A stretch of DNA of 64,000 nucleotides, taken from contig NC_087246.1 in NCBI RefSeq assembly GCF_037042905.1, forward strand, positions 35,650,001 through 35,714,000. The letters are read 5' to 3'. Origin of the DNA: Lytechinus pictus. Lineage: Eukaryota. Below the pieces are notes generated by a model. The model saw nothing but the letters and a program-made list of their open reading frames with translations. It was not told where the DNA came from and did no database searches. Positions 53,555 through 64,000 of this stretch are shown piece by piece (the first letter of the stretch is position 1; every line of letters starts with the position of its first letter). The translations under genes were made by a program, and so were the position numbers.

Positions 53555-54877
53555 GTAAGTATTTTTTTTTCCACTCGATTGGTATTGTGTGTGTCTCATG
53601 ACTTCTCAATTGTTTAAACTCATGGCCGTACGCATCGAGGTGAGGGTAAGGACAGGGGGCAAAGGGACAGTTGCCCCCCCCCCCCCAGAGAAAATGGAAA
53701 CGTACATATACATGTACATGTATTACTGAAAATTTTCATAAAATTTAACAAATGTGTGTACGAAATCCTTCTTTTTTTTCTCAGAAAATGCAGAAGCGCC
53801 CCCATGACATGCTCGGTCGCATCGCTCCCTCTATTTAGAGCTTCTTCAAAAACTGTATGTGCCCCCCCCCCCCGATAAAAATGCGTATGGTCATGCTACA
53901 GTTTCATTAAACGATAAATCGTTTTATTTCATGTTTTCTTTAATGCATCATGATGTGATGAATTCGCTTTAACAGATTTGAACCACAATACGACACTATT
54001 TTACTATTGTATCTTTTTTTAATAAAAAGGTTTAAAACTTTGATTTCTAAAAAAATCTATTTTCCCTTGTTATTTCTGATTACTACTTTATTTATGTCTT
54101 TGCAGTGTAACCCTTGTTTCAATTATAAGTTTTTTTTAATTAAGTTTTTTCCTATTCAGTACAGTTGAATGATAATTCTAAAGAAAAAAAAAGTGCTAAT
54201 TAAGGCCATACTAATTTTGTCTTCTGAATTTCATTCACCAAGAGCAAACGCAAGAATGTATAACAGACGACCTAAGCAAAGGAAACGAGAGCTTCGGTGT
54301 TTGTTCGTTTTAATTTACATTTTGTTTATTACTGCGTTTGCTTTTCGAAAATTAATTATCTTGTAAACAAATAGCTGGAAACAATGAAAATACTGAATGG
54401 ATTTCATGTGTGGCAGTAACAAACTAATATATATATTTATTCCAAATAAAATATATTTTTGATAATAAAAAAAAAATAGATATGCATTTGATATAAAGTT
54501 TATAAATAGATTATGTAATATGTTTCTGTGCCTTATTATTCCCTATATACCATGGAGAGTGGTAAAGCAGGATGTACTAGTATTCATCAACTATTTGTTA
54601 GAAAAGACTTTTAAGAAGCATTTGTCACAAAAATAAGGGAAAACAAATTCAGGTGATCTTTTAGATCACACGTAAACACCCGATCTTAATGGGATGATTT
54701 ACAAATTTACAGTGGTCATTTTGGCTTGGATTATTTTATTGTTCTGTTTAAATCTTGTATCACCAATTTAGAATTTCTCTCATTTTGTAATACTGCAATT
54801 TAAACAATATTGAACTTTTATTTTTGTACTTTCAGTAAAGTATACTGGAAGCAATATAGCAGAGCCCGCCATCTGAT

Positions 54878-55130
54878 TAAATAAAAAAAATTAAAACATA
54901 GTAATTTATACAATAACAGAAGAGGATTAATACGAAATAATGACAAGCCAAAAGAAATACGCTGTACGGACTGTTGTCAGAAGTACTATTATGTTGAATG
55001 ATAAATAAATAAAAAAATTAAAACATAGTAATTTATACAATAACAGAAGAGGATTAATACGAAATAATGACAAGCCAAAAGAAATACGCTGTACGGACTG
55101 TTGTCAGAAGTACTATTATGTTGAATGATA
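54878..55130. repeat. Near-perfect 127-bp tandem duplication in paralog C intron 1
   Basis: TTAAAACATAGTAATTTATACAATAACAGAAGAGG...ATGTTGAATGATA occurs twice with period 127. Confidence 0.9.
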
Positions 55131-55164
55131 TAATATTATTACTACTCGTATGGTATCATTTCAG

Positions 55165-55261
55165 AAGCTATCGCTCCTTGCTCTCTGTCTATCTCTTTTG
55201 GTTTCTGCATCTGTTTCACAAAATTGGGACACATTTGGTGAATATGGATTCGGTGGATTTG
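55165..55261 (+). CDS. Paralog C, signal peptide plus Gly/aromatic-rich exon
   Basis: tttcag|AAG ... G|gtgagt; KLSLLALCLSLLVSASVSQNWDTFGEYGFGGF, phase 0/1. Confidence 0.82.
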
Positions 55262-56020
55262 GTGAGTACATCATTACATGATATTGACTGAACTTGAGGG
55301 ATATACCACTTATATTTCCCAAAATATTATCATGATCGCCCGAGTCGTGACGAGGGCAATGTGTGTAATGTAAGTGAGGGGATCATTTATGGTTTCTCCA
55401 GTAAATTAATGCAAGGAAGTGTTATCTATTCTTCATTACCTATAGTTCCATTTCAGAATACAGTCTTTGTCTGTAGTTTTGTCATATCCAATAAATATTT
55501 TTAGGAGAGTTGTTTATGCAATTAGGTGCTTAGAGGAATATACTTGCATTAGTCTGGGATTGTATTTTCGAAACAGTTATTGAGACAGTCAGTGTTACAT
55601 TCTCGAACCATTTCAGTAAAAGTGCCAATGTATAAATGTATAAGTACCAACAACTCTGTATTTTTCTAGGCTGATGATTTGGTGTATTTACTTATAACAT
55701 GTTTTCGTCATTGTTTTTAATCCTTCAAATCAATATTGTGTCTTCCGATAAGATAAAGGCAACGCCATGTTTCCTCCTTCTCCTCCACATAACCTTCATT
55801 GATCATTGCAAGAAAACATTGGACTGCCAACTGTAAAAAAATAAAATATTATACTCCACATACTGAGAGTATGCCTTAGCTGCATGCCTGGTTGCCCCCA
55901 CCCCCTTCCCCCTCAAAAATGGGGAAAACATAATAATGAATTGCCAATCAAAATGATCAAAGTGGGTTTGTGTTTTGCTTCGTATTAAACGCCGCACATC
56001 GGATTATTACCATTTCAATC

Positions 56021-56062
<42 letters not shown>

Positions 56063-56146
56063 GGGGGGGGGGGGTTCGTTATATATAATTATATTGTTTA
56101 CGGATGATTGAATGTATGTTTTTAATGCTTCTCTCTAATTTTTTAG

Positions 56147-56431
56147 GACCAGAACTAGCCCCCGGTGCTCGCATGGCTAATTACTGTAATCTGTTTAACA
56201 AGGAGAAGCATGACCAAGGAAAGGGATGCAATGGGCAGGTCTTAAAGAAAGTTTATGATAAAGACAAGGATATTAACCAAAATGAATCTATGTTAAGGAT
56301 CTTCAGACTGGCGAGGAGAGGGGCATTTTGTTACAAGGAAGGAGCTCATATTGTGACTATAAGATCACCCTGTCATGCAATGGAAATTTCTTGTCGTCCA
56401 TATTCCCGTAGTTTGGTCGATAACTGTTGGA
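56147..56431 (+). CDS. Paralog C, six-cysteine domain exon
   Basis: ttttag|GA ... A|gtgagt, 285 nt, phase 1/1; GPELAPGARMANYCNLFNKEKHDQGKGCNGQVLKKVYDKDKDI...ARRGAFCY...SPCHAMEISCR...VDNCW. Confidence 0.85.
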
Positions 56432-57606
56432 GTGAGTACATTTTTATGTTTTTTGTTTTATTTCTGCACTCTTAACAATGTTGGGCAATACTGTCCACAC
56501 GACAATCGGTTAAAACTTTATCAAATTCTGGGTGGTCTGAAACCAATTACGTGTGCTTTGGATGAACACTGCACAGCATCGGTCGAAAGCTACCCAGAGG
56601 TGGATACATTTTTTAAACAAATTGTTACGTAGATAGTATGTTGCCCAACATTTTAAGAGTGAAATGGGTTTCCGCATAATCGAGATTATTTGATGGGTGC
56701 TGTGTGTGATAGTCATTTTGCGATTTGGAAATCGTTTTTCTTTCTCTTTCTTTCCCCACGACGTACACCGCGTAATATCCGTTAGATACACACACAACGA
56801 GTTGTGTCCTTATCTTATGACAGTTTTTACGCATTATCAGTAGGTTAGAAACTCCGATTTTTATCCGGGGCCTGTGAGGGAACAGAATAGGATACCCGTA
56901 TAGCATATCCAATCATTTTTCATAAACATTTACCACGTTTACTGACAATCGGAAGGGAACCGTCTGGGAACGGTCCGATGCCCGCTCGTTGGCCGTACGA
57001 TGTCCTTTCCAGCACCGATATGGCTTTCTTCGTCCTAACGAATATTAATCTGACCCCGAATGTATAGTGTCAAATTGCCTGCCTGAAATATATTTTGTGT
57101 GAGATGTAGATATCACATGTGATTTCTAATTATTTCTATTTATCAAAGTAAAATAGAGGGAAATGATTCATTGCCACACAGCGTGTCTAATTACAATGAC
57201 TAATGTGGTGAAAAGGCATGACATGTACATATATGACGTATAGTTTTGTTGCCTTATGATAGCAATTTATTTAATACTTTGCAACCCCCCCCCCCCCCCA
57301 AGAACAAAACAAAAAAAATGAGAAAAACGATGTAATTTTATACTCTTCATATGCATTACCTTTCGTAAGGGAAGGTGCAAATTTACACGCTTTGAAGCGA
57401 ATGCATGCACCATAAAAGGTGCAAAGCTGCACTATTATTTATCACTATTTTCGTTTAATTCCGGGTTTCTATTTAAGGTAAAATATTAAACCTCTTTGTA
57501 CGATTAAGACACAGCCACAGCTGTTATCAAATCTAATATGCGTGTGCTATAATATACAAGGCATGACTCTAAACATTTTTCTGTCTTTGTTATTTTTCCG
57601 TAACAG

Positions 57607-57695
57607 AAGTGACTCGTCCACCAACTCGTCGACCAGACACTCCTGGCCCTAATCCACCTCAGGCCCCCGAAACCCCACGTGGACGAGGCATCTAA
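57607..57695 (+). CDS. Paralog C, last exon (Pro-rich tail)
   Basis: taacag|AA; KVTRPPTRRPDTPGPNPPQAPETPRGRGI-TAA. Confidence 0.82.
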
Positions 57696-59493
57696 CCATC
57701 CATCGGAAAAGGAGCGTTGGACACAAAGACTCGGTTTGATGATAGAGAGTGGCGACAGAGTTCGATGTGGCTTTCAAGTAACATCGAATTCCTGTCATGG
57801 CTTACTTTACTACTCAGCTGAACATTATTACAAGAATCGGGAGGACAATTTGTGTTCAGCAAATACTAGCAGAGCTTCGAAGTTCATCGGTAATGCTCCA
57901 GTCCGATCGACCAACAAAACTCTCACAAATTAGGCTCCAAGCCGACCGATAGCATGCCATTTGAAATAAGGTGGTAGATTTGATTGGCATTGAGTCGGTC
58001 TCGTTGGTGTGACTGAAACAGATCTGAGGCGGTTCTGTATCTTTACCATGGCGGCCCATATGCAAGGTGATCCAGGGATCGAATCAAGATTACCACCTGG
58101 GTATTTTGGATGCACTTTTACCGTCGAGAGGGATGTTTGGAAAGGAATGCTACCGTCCCGATGACTCAAGAACGCCGTTTATACCACTCGCCTTTCTCTA
58201 GTTAGCATTTTTACTCCCCCTTGTTGAAGTAATATAGTTTTGGCTCAGATAGGCTATGATTAACATATAGGTTTCATGCTGAGTTTAAAGCCGGTCAGAC
58301 AGTAGGCTACGTTTAGATGTTGTTGTAAAGAAAGAAACCTTTTACAGTATTTGTTTTTAATGTGAATATTTTGAAGAAAAAAATAAAAGTAACAATCATA
58401 TAATACTGGTCATGTGACATTAATTATATAAGTTATATTCTTCTTAGTCGTAAAGATATACTTTTCTTTTTGACTTCGAGTTCATAATCTCACGAGATCC
58501 TGCATTAGCTTAGACCTAACAGGCATCTATCAACTTTATTCGAGAAGAAATGATAGAATGGGCGATGGAGCGATTTTAGACAACGAACAAATGAAAAAGG
58601 AAAGAATAAAGAGGAAAAATTATAATGTGATACAGATTAAGAGAGAAAGAAAACAAGAGAGAGAGAGAGAGAAGGAAAGAGAGAACATCTTAGAAGGGAT
58701 GGAGAACATAGTTTCTTAATAAAACTGCTGCGTCTTTCAGCAAACTTTGGCGTTTCACATCTGATTTCCCACATTCTCATCATTTTGTCTATTCTTGGAA
58801 AGAAGGGAGGAAAAATACTCTGTGGAAGATTACAGCCAAAAATACGTGGCAGAAACTTTTGATGAAATTGCTTACGGATGGAGGAAGCAGAAAAAAAAAT
58901 GCAAGAACACTCGGCGCTTCGGGCAGGTTGACTCATGAAGACGGACAGTCAACCTGTCCGAAACGTCGAGTCAATCTAGGACTTACCACATGGGGCACGG
59001 CAAACCCGTTCCACAAGTAACCAGGATGTACATACAACTACTTTGTGAAATTGAGCAAAACTTTGGAATATTATACCTTTCTTATTTTGATGAAAATTTT
59101 CACTTCATATGCGTGTTTAATTTTTCGCTTTTTATCAGAATCAGCTTTTTTTTAAATGGGGTGGACGGGACCTTACACATTTATATTTTGTGATTAAAAA
59201 AAAAAACATGTAAGCAAAATAAAACGGTCCACCAAATTGTACCAATTTGGCTTTTCCGTTTATCCCCTGTGACAAAAGGGCACATGATAAAATGTTCAAC
59301 GGCATAGATGCCGTGGCCGGGTATCGAACCGCAAGCTTTATTGTATCATGCACTTGAGGCCACTCTGCTAAGGCACCTCATGATAAGTTACACGGAAAAA
59401 AATCAAGACAAATACATACGATGACTCACACTTCACACACATTTACTAGTATGTAATTTGATGATCGGGGACTCACCATTAATCTACAAAGTG

Positions 59494-59658
59494 CACTGTA
59501 AAAATGAAGTGCTAATTTAGCACTTACGGAGCTTGTATAGTGACTGCACTACGAGTGTTGATTTTCTAGTTCAAATTCAAACTAGAAAATCAGCACTCGT
59601 AGTGCAGTCACTATACAAGCACTGTAAGTGCTAAATTAGCACTTTATTTTTTACAGTA
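59494..59658. mobile_element. Near-perfect palindromic MITE with CACTGTAAAAA terminus
   Basis: Arms AAGTGCTAATTTAGCACTTAC..GCTTGTATAGTGACTGCACTACGAGTG.TGATTTTCTAGTT and their reverse complement surround a very short spacer. Confidence 0.75.
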
Positions 59659-61722
59659 TGGGGACTTGTTGCATACACTAAAAAAAAAAAAAAAATCGAA
59701 TTTTATCCAAGAAACGGACTCAGTTCCAAAAGTAACGAGAGAATAGTTCGCTGACGCTCCCTACCCCAAATACACTCAACCTGAATTCAATTGGCACTAC
59801 GGGAACTTTTTACAAATCACATGTTTACTATGAAGCGGTTTATGAGGAGTTGATTGGTTTGGTAATCTGGATTGGGAACGTCTCCGGTTGTAAGTCCCCG
59901 GTAAAATGTAAGAATATCCTCAGAATTAGGTCATTACAAACTCACACACGCCACGCGCCCTCACACACATACACCCACCCACCCTCCCACACGCACGTAC
60001 ACACGAACCAAACCCTCACATATACACCCCCACCCATACACCAGTTTATCCACAAATTCCACGTTTCTTTTTGTGAGTCGATTATGTACTTATGGTATGT
60101 AATTTTAAAATGGAATAAGCATTAATTGCCGAATAACCCCAAACTATATTTCCTTGTCCTAGGAATGTAAAGAGGCAATATGTTAACAATATCAATTAAA
60201 AATGTTCTGAAAGGACATGAGAAGGAATTAAGCTCAATTCTTACATTATTTGCTTTAGCCAATGACGTATTTTGATGGACGAAAGATGGTTTTCTGTTAC
60301 TCTATTTTGTATCGCATGGCAAACCAATTCCTATCTAACTCGTGATAAAAATCAAGAGTATTACTCACAGACCTATTGTATAACTCTTTCTACCGTTTCC
60401 TCGATCCTTCTCCCTCAATTTTTTTCTATATATTTTCTCATGTTACAGCCGTGTTCCCCTCTGTACCATTTGTATTCACAATTTCCACTTCTTTACATTT
60501 TCAAATATCTTGTACTCACACAAACAAATCACAAAGTTCCCATCCGTTTTTAGATCTCTATTGCTGACAAGCAAATATACATTTACGTCCACATTTTATC
60601 ATCCATGCACGGACTTAGGTGTCTCGTGATGTACAGTATAAAAAAAAATTATTTTTTTTACAGAGTTACGCTGTAGAACAAATTACCTAATACTACATAC
60701 ATGTATATTTATTTTTCAACACACAGAAACAAATATTCAATAAATATGAACAATTCATCACGTGAACGGTATACTCGGCAATAATTATTATGTATATTTT
60801 TTTACATCATCATTTTATATAAGATCATGTCAATGCTTAACGCAATGTTATCACTACTTTAAAATACAATTCACTTATTGAATCTTTCCGTTTAAAAAAT
60901 ACCATATGCACAATGTAAAAGCAAAATATATATGGTCTCACTACTACTGAAGGTTTCCATGGTGAAGAAGAAGAGTGTAGTGGGTTTCACGGTACACCGT
61001 GTACCACTTGCCCACGAAAGATGCATGGTGTACCGTGAAACCCTCTACACTCATTATCTCACTGATTTGGGTATTTCTTCAGATCGCTGGGTGATGGTGC
61101 ATGAAACATATAATAGTAGAGGGTTTTCGCTTCCACGCTTCCATTCAACATGTTCAAGAACAACGTGAAAGTATTGAAAAAGCCCGTCAAATGACGATGA
61201 ACAGCTAGGGTCTTTGTCTAAAATTCTTGAATGGAACCGGAACAGCAATTGCATCGTAAGTTTCGGAGCTGCCAAAAAAAATGCAAGCATGTCATCTTTC
61301 CAGGTTCCAAGTTTCAACGAGCCTCGGCAAAGACTGCATTGTCATGAAGGGGATTTGACAATATATAGATTCTCTACTTTCCAGAAAGAGTCTGCTTAGC
61401 TGTTGCGAAAAATCCTTAACGAAAACCTGGTCAATCCATTGTCAGCTAAACGTCATACGGGATTTTTCGCAACAGCTAAGCAGACACTTTCTGGATAATA
61501 AACCGACCGATTCTCTTGCATAATGTCAAATGACATACCATCGATCGAGTTCCAATCGGATTTATTGGTGTGCCCGTAGCATAAATCATATCACATCATT
61601 GATGTGATTTCATTGAAGGAATCCAACCTCTGTAAAGTGAACTTTGGTGGCATGCCGGATGGCATGACAATCCAAATGACGACTGTAGAGAAGTTTTGGT
61701 AAACGAAATCGCTGTAAAATGT

Positions 61723-61823
61723 TTACATTCCCCAGCCATACCAGCCCGGCGGGCCTGGAACAGGAGGATTTGGTCGATTGGTCACTGCAGGACCGGCTGG
61801 TGGAGGATTCTGCTGAGCTGCCC
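61723..61823 (-). CDS. Paralog D, last exon (Pro-rich tail)
   Basis: ttttag|GG; RAAQQNPPPAGPAVTNRPNPPVPGPPGWYGWGM-TAA. Confidence 0.8.
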
Positions 61824-62099
61824 CTAAAATGAGATAGAAAATAGTAAGAGAATATTGTGAAGCTTAAGTTAGAACAGTCAAATCATAAAGGAGTCATGGT
61901 TATGCGTATAATCGAAAAAGGAGCACTCTTTGTCTAACCTTTTGTAAAATGTTGCCAATGCAAAAACTTCATCACAATTTGAAAATAGAAATCTACAGAA
62001 TAGTCCGTTGTCTCTCTTGCTAAGATTCAAGGTGTTAAGTGAGCCTAATAAAGCACTTGGATCAACTTAAGTGTTTGAAAGAAAATATCGTACTTATAC

Positions 62100-62396
62100 T
62101 CCAGCAGCTATCAATCCTTGGTGGACTCTGTTGGATAAAAGGGGGGCCGCGACAGGCAAGTTGCATAGCATCACAGGCTCCTCTTATATTCATCACTTGT
62201 GGTCCGTTGGCATAGCAGAGCACTCCCCGTCTTGCCCGTCTAAAGAGCTGCCTCATGAACCCATCGTGGTAGATATCCTTATCTTTGTCGTAGACTTCCT
62301 CGAGAACATCCCTGTTGCAGCGACCCTCGTCGAACATTTCCGAACCAAACAAGCCACAGTACTCGGACATTCGACCGTGTGGATTATAGCCTGGGC
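62100..62396 (-). CDS. Paralog D, six-cysteine domain exon
   Basis: atacag|GC ... A|gtataa, 297 nt, phase 1/1; GPGYNPHGRMSEYCGLFGSEMFDEGRCNRDVLEEVYDKDKDI...ARRGVLCY...GACDAMQLACR...IDSCW. Confidence 0.83.
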
Positions 62397-63475
62397 CTGT
62401 ATTTTTTTTTTTTTTGGGGGGGGGGAAAGAAATCAGTCATACTTCTCCTCGCTTTTGCAATATTGGCTGCAATCTGCCATTTATATACGCCATGGCATCA
62501 CTACAGGCATAGGAGGGAGCCCTTTAAAAGGGGACCTCGAGGGAGTTTATAATACTCATAACATTAACATAATAATAACATTCTTAATCTAACGTGACAA
62601 GACCATGATGGGTTTATAAAATATTTCTGCACCTATTCAATTCAGGTTCGACAACTATACTTCATAAAAAGAAATAACATCAAATTATTAAGAAAAACAG
62701 GAGATCAATATACATTCTAAAAATATAAAGAAATGACGGGAAATGTTCCATTATTTGGAGATGAAGCTTTAATCTATGAAAAAGTTAATCAATTTTATGG
62801 AAATTATGTAAATTATGCAAATACGCTATACAATGGCTTTAATTCGATGATAATAGGTCACTCATTGAATTAAAAAGCGAGGCAAACATATTGCGTTCAA
62901 TGATGTGTTTAAGTTGTTAAAATAGTCCGTTACTTCGTATGCAGTTTTTCATCTGGAAAAAAAATCGAAGTTTCACTTAGATGATTTAATAGTGCATTCT
63001 TAAATCGTATTGTACTGGCAATTATCAAATTCTCCTCGAACTTAAACGTTAGTTTTCCATTTGCGTTTGACAAGAAAACTCAATACACATGAAATTGTTG
63101 TTATTTTTTTGTATTAAAGGATGTTGATACCTTAAAGGCACAGTTTAACATTAATTTTAATTTGAAAGATTTGAGCTGCAGGGTTCCACTTGTGATATTT
63201 TATAAGAATGAACATGATGAAGACAAGTAAAACTAAAATCGCGCCCCAAAACCATTATTTAGTGCATCAAAACATATGACTATAAAGTGACAAGAAACGC
63301 CATATCATGCACCTCACATAATTATATGTGTTATATATCTCCTCTAGTAGATGATTTTTAAGCCACAGAAATCTTAAAATTGCCTGCAGGAATTTGATTT
63401 CTTTTAAAAGATGTGAACAGTATTAAGCACAACATGAATCAAAATAAATGAAGTAACACATTTTAGTATACTTGC

Positions 63476-63566
63476 CCCAATAGCCATCATACATGCCGTA
63501 CATTCCGTATACTTGAGAGAACGAGGTACATATTATCACAGATAAACAGAGAGATATTACTGTATT
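63476..63566 (-). CDS. Paralog D, signal peptide plus Gly/Tyr-rich exon
   Basis: tttcag|AAT ... G|gcaagt (GC donor); NTVISLCLSVIICTSFSQVYGMYGMYDGYW, phase 0/1. Confidence 0.8.
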
Positions 63567-63626
63567 CTGAAAATGGTAATAAAAACAAAAGTATATATGA
63601 ATGAATATATCTCCACTGACCATTGA

Positions 63627-63668
<42 letters not shown>

Positions 63669-63683
63669 ATATATACATGTATA

Positions 63684-63801
63684 TGCTCTGCTTGTTATCA
63701 TTTATGTATCGTGACATAAACATCCTAAACATTTTGAAGTTTAAACTTCAAAATGTTTAGGATGTTTATGTCACGATACATAAATGATAAAAAGCAGAGC
63801 A
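63684..63801. repeat. 118-bp spacerless palindrome in paralog D intron 1
   Basis: Centre GTTT|AAAC at 63742/63743; 63695-63790 is a perfect inverted repeat with one mismatched pair further out. Confidence 0.95.
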
Positions 63802-63991
63802 GAAAAACGCTGCTTCGGCTTCTATTGTGTAAACAAGAGATTAATCAATGGTTTTGCACTTGATCGAAACATTAAAATAAGAGTTTCCAACTCCTTTTCA
63901 AATTTTAAGACATACATAAGTATGTTTGTGGTTTCTATTGATAATAGGCAATAGAATGATACAACTAACAGTTTTGAATTATTGTACTCAC

Positions 63992-64000
63992 CGTTGCAAT
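63992..64000 (-). CDS. Paralog D, first coding micro-exon, truncated by the window edge ([M]IAT)
   Basis: ATT GCA ACG|gtgagt, phase 0; aligns with codons 2-4 of MTAS (C) and MTTM (B). Confidence 0.6.

Noticed and set aside
36499-62396. Assigning the cluster to SM30/SM50-type spicule matrix C-type lectins, strongylocin/centrocin antimicrobial peptides or SpTransformer (185/333)
   Set aside because: No C-type lectin WIG/WND-type motifs, no CC-containing strongylocin pattern, and no two-exon His-rich Transformer structure. The resemblance is only compositional.
62071-62592. 173-aa plus-strand ORF (also 48443-48766 and 36480-36807)
   Set aside because: Antisense shadows of the Cys-domain exons, which are supported on the other strand by splice sites and paralog conservation.

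Overview
AT-rich animal genomic DNA with spliceosomal introns, one N gap, tRNA-derived SINEs and many MITEs. The repeat landscape suggests an echinoderm such as a sea urchin, but that is inference. I reconstructed three gene loci by hand from splice sites and reading-frame phase. (1) The 3' end of a multi-domain Ly6/uPAR (three-finger, Quiver-like) GPI-anchored protein gene (501-2285, +). (2) A complete 10-coding-exon SLC43A3/ENBT1-like transporter gene (15379-29027, +, 634 aa) with a tandem RRLSKQS repeat in its large loop. (3) A cluster of four paralogous small secreted-protein genes, A-D (34.5-64 kb), plus an orphan exon copy; I cannot assign these to any known family. Each has a 4-codon first exon, a signal-peptide plus Gly/Tyr-rich exon, a phase-1/1 exon encoding a ~95-aa six-cysteine domain, and a Pro-rich tail ending G-x-G-hydrophobic-stop. 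Within the cluster, different exons group the paralogs differently, two paralogs share a GC-AG intron, one has relocated its start codon, and three have matching TATA/Inr promoters. The rest of the window is introns, intergenic DNA and non-autonomous DNA transposons. No database searches were possible, so novelty is unverified.
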